A DNA stretch of 64,000 nt. Source: Dimorphilus gyrociliatus. Its lineage: Eukaryota > Animalia > Annelida. The notes beneath the pieces are model-generated. The model searched no databases and was not told where the DNA came from. It was given only the letters and a program-made list of their open reading frames with translations. The position numbers and the translations under genes are program-made. Positions 11,755 through 27,717 of the stretch are shown piece after piece (position 1 is the stretch's first letter; each line of letters begins with the position of its first letter). The stretch spans positions 2,029,106 to 2,093,105 of the forward strand of contig CAJFCJ010000003.1 in the NCBI GenBank assembly GCA_904063045.1, in the 5' to 3' direction.

Positions 11755-14271
11755 TCACGTATTTAGCCAATCATCTAAATTTCCTTCTGCCATTAGGTCG
11801 TCTAATTTATCATCTAGAAATAGGAGAACTGCTGAATACTTGATTTCAAAATGTGATACTTTTAAATACATACCTGAAAATAACTCAGCTTTTATCTCCG
11901 GAATTTTCTTTGGTGATTGGGCTATAGGCTTTTTAAAACTGAATGATTTTTCCATGCACTTATCTGATAAAACAAAACATTGAATAAAACATTGTAATTT
12001 TTTTTTTAAAAAGAATGAGTAATTTACTATTAGCACTGGTGTCTTCTCTTTTCTTTTTCTTAAATGGACTCAGATGAGCGTCAATCTTTTCTGAATGATC
12101 AACAAAAACATCTTTAGTAAGCATTGTATGAAATATTGTACGAGTTACTACTTAAGAATGATTCGCTCATAGTTGCATCAGTCGCACTTTTTCTATCACG
12201 CTTGCGACTATTATCATTTTTTTCAGAGATACGCACATCTCGAAGCAGAGATGTAGTTGTTTCTTTTGTACTCTTGGCTTTATTGAAATTTTTAAAATTA
12301 AATTTATTAGTTTTCCCATCGGGTACTGCTTCTATATTGTGAAAATAAGAGCATTTTTAAAGATGAATCTCCAATAGTTAATTTATAAACCTATTATGGA
12401 ATCATTTGAGGCTTCCTTCTTTATTTGAGTTTGTGATATGACCTGGAACTGTGATGCAGAAAATTTTTTCGTCTTAACTTTCCGGTTTTGAGTTGAAGAA
12501 GGTTCCTTCTCTATTATAAAAGTTCATTTTAGAATGATTATATATAAAGGAAGATAGTTCAACCTTTAGAGAATGAATTCATGTCCAGATCTTGCACGAT
12601 CGTTTCAAAGTCATCATCTGAAATTGCGCATTTAGATGGATAATCAACGTTTATAATGTATTACCATCAAATACTTTGGAGACATCTGCTTGACTCTTTA
12701 CTTTTGGTGGCGAAGATTTTGACCTAAAATTAAACTTTGACGGGATATTTTTTGAATTTGTAACATTCGGAAGATCGTTGTTTGTTGGTTTTGTTATTTC
12801 GTTTTGTAATTTTGATGAAGACATAGAATCTACAAGGTATTTAATTTTAGCATATAGTTAACCAAAAAACGTTATTTTACCTGTTGCCATTGAAGCAGCT
12901 ATAAAATCTTCATCGGTTAGCATCTTAAATTCATCGAAATTATCATCTATAAGTAGAGAATTAAGCATTAAAAGATTCTCTCACACTAAGACATAAATAC
13001 CATCAAAAAAATCAGCTTGAACTTGTTGAGAGGCAACCGCTGAAGGAATTTCTTTTGAAGAAATTTCCTGATCAGCAGTCTTCTCATTTGATTCAGCCCT
13101 AATTATATCTTGAACATCAATAGTTTGCAGCTCCTTTACATCAATTTCCCGTTCATTATTTAATGCGTAAATCCTTACAAAATTCCAAGAGTTTAAAATC
13201 ACATGTGTTCGTAGAACAGTTACCTATCAAAGAACCTCGAATAATAATAATTAAAAAGTATTATACTTTATACATCTTTAAGCAAAAGCACGCCACCATG
13301 TTGAAAATAATGTGAATAAGCTTCGATAACGTCTCTGTGGCAGAAAGCTGTAATTTCGGCGGCTGCAATAAAGATTTAGTATTAAGATATTTCAACATTT
13401 CGCTACCGTTATCTAACTCTTACAGCTATCGTCCTTCAATATAATTCGCCCATCTTTCCCACAAATATACTCTTCAGCAACAACATATCCAACTAACCAT
13501 GACAGTTTCGTCCGTTTCATATTAATTTGATCAAAGATGGAGGATATATTATTTTTTCTCATAAATGAAAGTATTTCAGGCTCCAATTTATTCTTAATTT
13601 TTGACCAGAAATTATTGTCCGCGGTAGCTTGTGTATTTGGCAATTGAGTTGAAACCCTCGTTTCAGGCTATGGAAATAACAATAATAATAAATTGTTAAA
13701 TAATATTAAATAGGTACCATTCGAAAATTTTTCCATTTTTGTAGTTCTGGTACTGAGTGCTGAATCTAAATAAATTGAAGATCTTAATAAGTCTCTTATA
13801 AAATGACTTTATATACCGATTTAGTAATGACACCTGCAGGGCCGGGGAAGTTACTTTTCCATCTAGAATTTTCTGTTTCTGTTTTCAAAACAGTAACTTC
13901 CTCTTTACAATAATCTTTTTTTTGTACAATGCTTCTCTCGGGCGTCTTTTTTGTATTATTAACACTTCTTGGTACAAGAAAGCCACTATCTTGAGTCAAA
14001 GTAGCCGGAATTTCAAAAATATTTTGTGAATTTATGGAAGAAGTTGAACGATTCTTATCTAAAAAACTTAGTTTCTGAGAATTATTGGTTGGTTGTGACT
14101 CTTTAATAATTGTTCTATCTTCTTTAGAATTTATTTGTTGATCGTCAGTGTCAATACTCCCTATAAGCTCCTGAAATAATTTTAATTTACTATATTATGA
14201 GCAATATAAATTTTAATTACTTCAATGTCACTATCTTCGTCAGAGAAACCGCTTCCAAATGATCTCTCCAT
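11755..14271 (-). CDS. HROB: Homologous recombination OB-fold protein (HROB/MCM8IP/C17orf53)
   Basis: ATG 14271; FPGPAG motif (ORF 13796-13999); OB-fold segments ending ..RIILKD and QHGGVLLLKDV; long low-complexity tail ending DDKLDDLMAEGNLDDWL. 3' end approximate. Confidence 0.75.
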
Positions 14272-14511
14272 TTTTGCTATAACCTTCCTTAAAAATTTAA
14301 AATTCCGAAAAAACTCAAATTTAATTAACGAAATATTAAAACTTTTGATCTTTTAAATCATGATTATTAGACTTTTTAATCCGAAATCTTTCGAAAGAAA
14401 GTTTAGTCTTGAACTCAAAATTACAAAATTTTGTCCAACCGGAAGCTTTTCAAAGGAAACTCTTTGTAGACAACCTTAGACAAGATGTAAGCAAATTTTC
14501 AAAAAATCAAA

Positions 14512-14786
14512 ATGGCTACTAAAAAAGATTTAGCTGCTTATAAAAGTTTTGTGGAACTTTTAAAGGAAAGTACGTATATTATATTTAAGTAGCAAATGTG
14601 TCGGAGTATCATTATTTCCGTCATACTATTTATTAAAATGTGTGCTTATATTATTATCCATGAGAAAATACAAGCTTTTGTAGTCATAGCATATTAATCA
14701 TTCTGGATCTTATTTCTACAGACATGTTCTACGCATATACGGTTAAAAAAATAACGCATCAATGGTTAATTTATAAAACGTCATGA
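14512..14786 (+). CDS. Candidate 40-aa spliced microprotein (MATKKDLAAYKSFVELLKENMFYAYTVKKITHQWLIYKTS)
   Basis: AAAATGG context at 14512, GT donor 14570, TTTCTACAG acceptor ending 14721, phase-1 join open to TGA 14784-14786; head-to-head with HROB. No homology recognised. Confidence 0.3.
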
Positions 14787-14878
14787 ATTGAATATGTAAA
14801 GGATTCTTTAATTGAACATAATATTATTTTATAGATAAAAAAATTGAATAACTATTAACATAATCACTTTTAACAAAA

Positions 14879-16335
14879 TTACATAGAATTAGATGACCTC
14901 GTTATCTGTTCCCTCAAAATCAAAATACTTTGTCTTTGTTCTGGTGGGAGCATGCTAATTTGTTCATCCGATAATTGTAAAACTTGCATTATTAAGGCTG
15001 TTTTTTCGTCTTCGGCTTGAGAAGGCGGTGTAGATTCGTTTCTTGTTGTTACCGCTGCCCTGGCTCTAGGATCAGCTGATGCCATTTGCCGTCTAGGATC
15101 TGAGAGTTAAATATTTCAATAGATTCACAGGCAAAGTAAAAAGGCAATAAGAAACCTCTACCTCTTGTCTCCGAGACATCTGCCGGACGTCTTGGCTCCT
15201 CAGGAGCCGATATTCTTCCAACAACTAAATCGCCTCCAGCAGCCTGAGCAAAAAAAGACAACTATTTAATTAGATATAGATAAGACTATCAGATAGCTTT
15301 ACCCTTGTAGTATCGGGCATTGGTGAATTGGTATTTGACGGTCTCTGAGGAATAAACGGCATATCACTTGCAGAAATAACACTTGACGGAACACTTTCAG
15401 GTTGTCTATGTAGCATACCTTTAGCAACCTAGTCAAAGTTTAATAATTTAAAATTTTATTGATCTTTTGATTTTTTTTTCACTTTGTTTGAGTTTTACCT
15501 GAGGGTCGATAACTTTCATAACAATCTGAACTTGTAGCAAAGCATATGCTAATTGTGGATTTTGAAGTAAGGCATTTCTAGCCTCATTTGGATCATTTTG
15601 TATACATAATTTCATTTGTTTCATCAATTCTTGCATTTGCTCTGGTGGTAGAGATGCAACAATCTTAGAAATAGCTTCTGGTGCTTCGTTTGGCTCAACG
15701 GTCGGTCCATAGGGTGATTCAAACTGGGGACCTGGTACGGGTTGTTGACGAATTTCATCCTTGAAAGGTACATCTCCTTGAGCAACACCAACTCTTAGAG
15801 CTCTGCCATGATAATCGTGGTTATTGAGATTTCTCATTGCCGATTGGGCAGTTTCGGCATCTTGATACTCGCAGAATCCATAACCTTTCGGCTTACCAGA
15901 ATCTCGATCATAAACCAACCTGTAAAAATGGAGTACATTAATTTAGAAAAGTGACCAGATTTTAAAAATTAAATGTAAATTATATAATAATTTTACGCAA
16001 AGGCTTTTTTGTATCTAAAAGGAAGATGTATCTGACCTGAAGTTTAGAACAGTTCCAACTTGAGCAAATATATCTCTAAGACTATCTTCTGTTGCTTCAT
16101 AAGGTATGTTTCCCACTAATTTGAAAAAAAACGAAAAATATGAACTCCTTGAAATTATCGGTTAAAACTTGCCGACAAAACGAAAAAACACTTAAAGAGA
16201 ATTTATTTTTCACTGTTTGCATTTTTGACAAAAGAAACATAAATTTTATAAAATTTTACTACCGAAAACCGATCTTGCAGCCCTTTCTGCTAAGAAAGTG
16301 GGATTATTTGTTCCAAAAAAGTCTCGCATCGCCAT
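14879..16335 (-). CDS. CSTF2: Cleavage stimulation factor 64 kDa subunit
   Basis: RRM RSVF|VGNIPYEATED...DRDSGKPKGYGFCEY, hinge PEAISKIVASLPPEQM...NPQLAYALLQ, C-terminal EKTALIMQVLQLSDEQISMLPPEQRQSILILREQI. Confidence 0.97.
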
Positions 16336-16517
16336 CTTGAAGGGTTTTCGTAAACAATGTAAAAAAAAAATAAAAAAACTATGTTTCTTTGCTTCCTGCT
16401 AAATATTAAAGTTGCTAAACGTATTTTTTCATGCAAAAATATATAACCGTAAAACGGAAGTGATATATTTAAACTCGTTTCCGTAGCAGACTTCATCCAA
16501 ACTGCTATATCTTTAAA

Positions 16518-17940
16518 ATGTCCAATTCGCCGGATAAAAATATAGATGACATATTTCAAAGAGATTTTGAAAAGGCTGTTTTAAGATATGGAAATCGTTT
16601 TATTGAGATTAGGTAAGTTTTCTTTCGCCTCTAATTTACAGAACTTGTTGAAAGCACGTGGTGCCAAATAACTCGAGAGTGATAATTTCCGAAAGTTTTT
16701 CGAGTTTTGAAAAACTCGTTTTCCATATCATTGTGTATATTAGAATTATATACACTGATAGATACTAATATTCTGTGTATGTTTTTAATCGTCATGCAAC
16801 ATCATTTTTAGGGATGACAACGAACGTTTGCGACAAAAGAAGAAATGCTTGAAGTCAGAAGTAAAATCACTAAAATCCCAAATCATTTCACTACAGGAAA
16901 AACTAGAAAACAATGATTATATAATGGAAAATGAAATTCTTAAGGAGAAAAACTCCATGTTGAAGTCTGAGCTAAAAGCTTTGAAGAAGAAGTATGCTAG
17001 TCTGGAAGAACAGAGTTCAGATAATCAAGACAATGAAGCAGCCATGAAGGAACTATACGAAAAAGTTCGAATCTTTTCCAATTATAATAATATTTAGAAA
17101 TTGTTTAAATTCAAATGTTACATACGATGGATGCAATATAAAAAAACTTACTAATACTCAAAGTACTTTTTACAGGCAAAGGAAAGAAAAGAACTATTAC
17201 GCAATGAAGAGAAAAAGTGTAAACTTCTAGAGGAATTTCATGCAAAACTAGAGAAACAAATCGAAGAGCTACAAGATGAAAATCATAGGTTATGGATATA
17301 TGTTAATGATCATAAAGAGCCAAAAGAAAACTTGAAAAAACTATCTAATGGAAAGAAAGCATCATCAGTAAAAAAGGATAATGACACTCACAACTTTTGC
17401 AACTTTTGTCAGGTGCTTTGTGAGAGTGATGAAAAGTTTCAGCATCACGTACAGCAGCACTTAGATAAATTAAAACCAATAATAAGTTCAAATTTTGCTT
17501 TTTATGCGAAAGGGGATAATAATGAAACATTAATCATGTGTGAAGTTTGCCAACATTCCTCGACGACATCTGCAGGAATTTTGAAGCACATACGAAACTC
17601 TCACTTGAATAATGTCCAAATTCCTAATGTATGCCCTATCTGCTTGCTGGAATTTCAGAGTTCCAGACCATCATCTAATGCCCAATCGCTCATTAGGCAT
17701 ATCAAAACGTATCATGGTAGAATGGAAAAATGTGATCATTGCAAAGACACGTTCATTAATGAATTTTTGAGAGATCGACATATTTTTGATAAACATAGAA
17801 ATGAAATTTCAAACAAGCGCAAGGCAGATTCATCTATGGTTGATAACGATGCTAAGAGGTCAAGAATAGAAAGTCCTCATCAGTCTTTTGCTGAATCGAC
17901 AACTGTTGAAGATGTTGTTTTCTTTGAAGAGAGTCAATAG
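16518..17940 (+). CDS. Coiled-coil plus four C2H2 zinc-finger protein
   Basis: Exons about 16518-16613, 16812-17064, 17176-17940; heptad-rich N-half; CxxC..H..H fingers CNFC, CEVC, CPIC, CDHC. Confidence 0.8.
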
Positions 17941-18117
17941 TATTTCAGAGCTATAGATATTCTATTATGTCGAAAAAATGTTTCTTTATTGTAAAATATA
18001 TACTGTAATCTTTTTTAAGTCATGTGTTACTAAAATCTTTATGATCAAATTATATACACTGTACACAAACATGCTTCTGTTCGACACTTTTCAAAACGAT
18101 TGACAAGAAGACAACAA

Positions 18118-18708
18118 TTAATCAAAGAGTCTAATAGAAGAGTTCAAAACTTTCCAAGTGTTGTTTTCAGCAATTAATATAAACTGAGAACTGAAGAGTT
18201 TTAATTTATCATCATTAAAACTGACAGTTCCACTAACAGAAACGATCGTAGAGGGTTTCCCTGATCTTTCGGCTGCAATGAGAACTTTGAAAAATTATTT
18301 TCAAAATAGAGCGAGTCATACCTGCACATGTTATCGGTTGTGCATCGACGCATTCAACGTTGTGCTTGGAAGTTGGAAATTTTTCAAAATATTTACTAAT
18401 ATTATCCCCCGTCACCTTCTCTCCTGACCATACCATTTCAGACATCGGTAAAAAGAATTTATTCAGATTCTAAATTGATTATATCATTAGAAAACTAAAA
18501 TACTATTATTACATATACTATTTTTGTATTACATGACGCTGCCGATCCATTGCTTCGTAAAATAATTCAACAAACTTTAAGCCGGTTTCATCAGCCGTTT
18601 CAGAAGTAATTATAGATGCCTCCTGTGAGCGATAGCAAAGTATATTAAGTGTGTACAATCAATCAGTATAGCTTGAGATAATTTTCATATAATAATTACC
18701 AGACTCAT
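18118..18708 (-). CDS. NXT1/p15-like NTF2-fold protein, paralog B
   Basis: MSL|EASIITSETADETGLKFVELFYEAMDRQRH|NLNKFFLPMSEMVWSG...VDAQPITCA|AERSG..VSVSGTVSFND..LFSSQFIL..NNTWKVLNSSIRLFD*; all introns GT-AG. Confidence 0.75.
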
Positions 18709-18862
18709 TTTGAAGAATTATAAATAGTTTAACTTCCACTTTTGGACCTAAAAGTAGTTCGATTATTTCGATATGGTAGAGAGCTTAGTTTGATAAAAAC
18801 TGGTAGAAGTGTCGCTGTGTTTTGTCAAAACTTCCGGTTTCTAGCCTCTAGTTCCCCTGATA

Positions 18863-19671
18863 ATGGCGTTCACATTCGCTGCTTTTTGCTACATAGTTGC
18901 ATTAATACTGTCAGCGTTTTTAATCTTTTTCGTTATTTATCACGTAAGTAAAGCTTAAAGTTATGTGCAGACGTGTAACATTTGATTTTTGAAAGTTTAC
19001 CGACGAATTTTAAAGGAGTATGATCAAACTACTCTTTTACCTTACCGGTTTTTTGTAACTGTTCTTACTTTTTTCTTTATTTACAGATTATTGCTTTTGA
19101 TGAACTGAAAACTGATTATAAAAACCCAATCGACCAATGTAACAGTCTAAATCCGGTATGTAGCTATATTGAGCTTATTATTCTTGTTAATTTACTGTTT
19201 CATTCTTTTAGTTGGTTTTACCCGAGTATGGAATACACGTATTCTACAATATATTATTTTTATTCGGCTATCAATGGGGAACTCTTATAATGAATATACC
19301 ACTTATTGCCTATCATATTCATCGCTACAAGAATCGTCCCGTCATGAGTGCGCCTGGATTATATGATCCCACTACAATCATGAATGCTGATCAATTGAGT
19401 AGAGCGATGAAAGAAGGATGGATAAAACTGGCATTTTACTTGTTGTCCTTCTTTTACTATCTTTACAGGTTAGTATAATTGGCAATACAGCTGCTGTTAT
19501 AATTCCAACTGGACTAGGCGTAGTATATATTTAATTGAATTTTTCTAATTTAAAAGTTTGCCTTGAGTTGTTGGATCAATAACATTAGCACTTTCAATTA
19601 TTAAATTAAAAGAACGTACAACTTAATTCAATTTTTTTTTCAGTATGATTTATGTACTGGTTTCTTCATGA
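18863..19671 (+). CDS. CNIH1: Protein cornichon homolog
   Basis: MAFTFAAFCYIVALIL..|IIAFDELKTDYKNPIDQCNSLNP|LVLPEY...PGLYDPTTIMNADQL..KEGWIKLAFYLLSFFYYLY|MIYVLVSS. Confidence 0.97.
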
Positions 19672-20098
19672 ATACATCAAGTCTAATAGTAAATAATGAA
19701 CATTTTGAACAATCTTTTAATATTTCATGTGTATTAGAAGTCTATGTAACAAGTATCATTGTGTAGGATGTTTAAAAGAAAATAAAATTTTTCGAGTGAT
19801 CATACTATGTATTCAATCAAAAATTTCAAAAATATTAATGAACGAACTCAATACGACACAAAATATTAGATTTTTCCTCCTCACCTAATTCGAGAAAGGA
19901 TGTATTATTTGCCATTAATCGAGGAACTGCTAGGTCTACAGGCCTGTAATACTAATTAAGCACACGGGATACATCAATGTTAATACTAATTTGCAGTTCC
20001 GCTGCTTCTTATTTTTTTCGTAAGCAACCTAACACCAAATAATTAATTATATGGGTAAAAAACAAAACGGTAATGTTCAAACATATTGTTTAAGTATT

Positions 20099-23594
<3,496 letters not shown>

Positions 23595-24470
23595 TTTGCT
23601 CTGGTTGTTTAACCTAAATTAGCAAACATTAAAAAAATTATAAGCAAACTATTTACCTTCAAATTATTTTATTCTTGACGAAAGATATCAACTAGCGAAT
23701 TGAAGTTGCAGGCCAAGGTCGCAGTGCACTTGACCTTGAGAATACCCTCTCGTCCTACAATTTGTTTAATACGTGAGTATATTAATTTTTATCATTAAAA
23801 CTTTCGTTTGATATTTTTTAAAAATTAAAATACGATCTAAAATAGCTGAATTACGCAAAACCAGTTTTGTTTTTGGGGCCATCTGGTGAGTAATTTAAGA
23901 AAATATATTCAAATTTCTTCTTTGAAGTATTAACTTATTTCATTTCAATCTTAAAGAATCTTTAAAAAAATAATATACAATATCAAAATTACTTATCACT
24001 ACTTGAATTTATCCTTTCAAGTATACCACCGCCAGATGGCACACTTTGATATACTAAGTTGTTTCTATATGTATTTAAAAGTAACTAATAGGGCCTAGGA
24101 ATTGAATTACTTTCTATATTATTGTAAAAATTTTTAAATAATAAATATTATTGATTTTTATTTTAGCTTTTACATTTTGAGGGAATTGTATGGCGACATA
24201 TATACATTAATTGAAAGTATTTGTCAAGAAATGAGCCGTTTAATAATCTATATATATTTATGGAAAAACAATAAAGAAAACAGATTTTGACTTAGACTTC
24301 TAACAACAACACGACTTGTTTATTAAAACAGGCGCCTATAGTTTGTTTAACCAATCACGATAATTTTTACATACCTCAACCAATCAACAAAAGCTACACC
24401 GACATCGAATGACATATTTACTCACACCAATTTTGACGTCCGATTTAGTTACACGAAAAAATCAAAAATC

Positions 24471-25101
24471 ATGGCAGAGAACTTATTGACTTTTTCTAAT
24501 CCCGTCTTTGCTCAATTTGCATATTATTCTGCAATTAGCATCGGGAAGATGTTTGCTATAGTACCTATGATAGTTTACAGACGTTTTTCCACCGGGGTAA
24601 TATACAGAATAACTAGGTATCTCTAACATGGTCTTATATTTTGACCTCTTCAGACTTTTGCAAATAAAGAAGACGTTCTCTCCCGAGACAAAAAAGGAAA
24701 CCCAACTGCTAAAGTTGGAATCAACGAATCAGTAGAAAGAGGCCGAAGGTTACTTTTCTTTAGATATAATTTATGTTGCAATTATTTATAAGAACTATGC
24801 ATTCAGAAATCACTTGAATGATATGGAGAACATTTTCCCATTTGTTCTTATTGGATTCTTCTATGTTCTAACAAAGCCTGACTTGAATGTTGCAACCTGG
24901 CATTTTAGAGTGTTTGCTTTCTCGAGAATCGTCCACATGCTTGCTTATCAAGTAAGTAGCTATAAATTGATTGTTTTGCTTGTGTAATTCATTTTACTTT
25001 TATAGATTCCAATTAAACAACCAACAAGAGCGTTGTCATTTGGTGTTGGGATGGGAACCATGCTGTCTATGCTCTATCAAGTTCTTACATATTCAGCCTA
25101 A
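24471..25101 (+). CDS. MGST1: Microsomal glutathione S-transferase 1 (MAPEG)
   Basis: Four exons, not in the ORF track: MAENLLTFSNPVF..|TFANKED..VERGR|RNHLNDMENIFPF..HFRVFAFSRIVHMLAYQ|IPIKQPTRAL.. Confidence 0.92.
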
Positions 25102-25700
25102 GCGTTTCGTGGAATCGTCTAAAATATAGTGATATGCTATCATAATAGACCTATAACTAAATGTTTCCGTAACAAGCTGTACAATATTGTCATTTGTGAT
25201 TAACCGTGTGAGCAATGTGCTTAGCTCAACATCAGTTTTAAGAATATAGTAGATTTATTCAATGCTCGATAGTTGATATTAAAATTTAAAAGCACAATAG
25301 TTCCATAAACATTTAATTAACCTGAACAATTAAACTTAAAAAAAAAGAGATAAAAATGACTAGAAAAAAATATACTGATAAGATTGGGAAAGAAATCTTC
25401 ACTTAAACTATAGATCAAATGAAAAAAAATACTACTAAACCATGTATCTATGTGGCACCAAAAATACACATTTTACCCAATGTTTCCAATCAAATTGTTA
25501 ACTTGAATTTGTCTCTCAGATATATAATATACATGCTTGTAGCTTGAAATATCAGAAGTTTCGTACATTTCTTCATGTGTGAGAAGAAAAGTAGTCATAA
25601 ATTATGTTTCTTTATCCAAATCATCTCATGTGGCCATGTTTCCTGTTAATAGTAATGTAATAGCTATAAGGAATGCTGGAATAAGTGTTTTGAATTAATT

Positions 25701-27426
25701 TTACTTGAATCCTCTGTAGTGAAATCTCAGATGTGTAATTGCTAGATTTCCTTGCGTGAAAACAACTTTCCCACTAAGAAATGATAGATAGGGTTGCTTC
25801 AATATCTTATTGGGATAACACTGCTTGGATGATCCACCAAGACCGCCGAAAGGTCCAATTTTTCTTTTAGGTGTTTCGAATTGTAAAGAGTCGATCAGCC
25901 AACCATCTCTCGCCTTCACTCCAATAATGTCTTCACCCTCATCTAAATCGAAAGAATGGCTATTGAAAAAAAAATGTTTATAATTTATCGACAGTTTTTC
26001 GAAGAGCTACAACTCGAAAACTAACCTTTCTCCTTGCCTACCTCCGTGTAATTTACTTACACTTGAACCGTAATTGACAAGCAGACCTGATTATTGAGTT
26101 TAAAACGAGCACAATAACTATTGTGAAAATTTTCGTTATATATTTATACCTCCGACAACTGGACGGTTATCCCATAACCGAATATAAATAGTCAAACCAG
26201 TTATTCTTTGCTATAAAAGTATATATTTATTGCATTCAATTGAAATCGAATTTGACTATTTACCTTATCTGTTCGATCTTCATCATCAAAACAGTCAACT
26301 TCGTGTGATATGAAATTTCTTCCAGCTAAAGGCTCGTGAGTAAAGGTTCCAATTTCTTCAATAAATTTAAAAATATTATATGGAAATGAAAAATGAAAGA
26401 AATAATAACTACGAACCAAAACCTCTAGGAACAAAATTAACGTATGTCTTGTTAAAACATTCCAATAGTAGGGGTTTCGCTTCTGGATCATATTTTTTTA
26501 ATAGAGCCTCCTTATCACTTTGAGAGAGAAGATTGAATTTGACACGATCAAAAAGTTTTCGATAGTATTCCTTTGTTTTTTCAATGCTTAATTTTTCACT
26601 TATTTTTTTCTTGTTTATATATTTCTCGATAGTCTTGAAATAAATTGTAGAAAGTAGATAATAAAAACTTTTTTCTTATATAAAAACAAATGAAAATGCT
26701 TACTCGAATAACAAAAATTTCTGATAATCCTTCTTCAGGTACAAATAAAGTTACTTCAAGCAGACTAGCAAACTAAAAATACATTTTTAATATAAGTCTA
26801 TTCTAAAGAACAATTTTATAAATACAAACCATAGCAAATGGTAATGAATAAATAGTCTTCTTTTTTGTTAAGGTTACAAATTTTTCGATTATGAATACCT
26901 TACAATCATTTTTAGTGTTATCTGATAAATTGTATAAGTCGACAACTGCCAATATTTCTATTTCATTGGAAAGTTTTGGTAATATTATTAGCAATTAGAG
27001 TGAATTGTTAGTAAAATACAAACCAAGACAATTATCAATGGTCAAATTCTCTATCAGAAATGTACTGCATTTCTTCTTTACCAATGCAATGTCTAAATAA
27101 TCTGCTGTCTTTAACATATTTAAATAATTATCTCCATTAATCCTTAATGCAGAAGAACCGCAGGAATAACCTAAAATATCTATAATGCAATTTGCACAAA
27201 CATTCTCTGATGACATTCTGCCAACATTATTTCTTCCATCTTTAAACTGTGATTGAAATATAGTTCTAAAATACCCACTGATACCGTATAATACGGTTTT
27301 ATGGCAGTTTATTGATCTTGTAGTTTCTCCAGGATAGCAAACTATTATTACATAATCCGTCAATAATTCATTCCTCCATAAATCGTTGAGTCCTTTAATA
27401 ATTTGCGATTGGAGAGCTTCAGCCAT
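25701..27426 (-). CDS. BTB-BACK protein with C-terminal jacalin-like lectin domain
   Basis: BTB (LTDYVIIV..HKTVL..SGYFRTIF..ADYL), BACK-like exons (DNCL|EILAVVDLYNL..C..FI; LFDRVKFNLL..VPRGF), then in-frame exons ..LHGGRQGE|SHSFDLDEGEDIIGV..GWLIDSLQFET..GPFGGLGG. All introns GT-AG and phase-consistent. Confidence 0.8.
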
Positions 27427-27717
27427 AATAACAGCACTCTTCAAAATTTGGTAGCTACAAAATAATTTGCTTTGTCTCGGGTGCCGTAATTTTTATCAGC
27501 TTGAAAACCTAAATGATGCAGAATATACAAGCACAGAATGCATAAGAGAATCGAGTGTCGCAATTTACATACAAAACAATCTCTTTCGAGATAGATTCCA
27601 ATTAAGTGCAGAGTCCAGTTTTATATATACTGTATATAAAGCCGAATATGAAAACTCCAGCTGCTAACGTAAACCAAAGGAAGAAGAAATAGCTTCATGT
27701 TACAATAGCCGTTCATT

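Noticed and set aside
26803-27444. BTB ORF ending in a premature stop, suggesting a pseudogene
   Set aside because: The TAA lies inside a GT-AG intron (26958-27023); splicing restores DNCL|EILAVVDLYNL.
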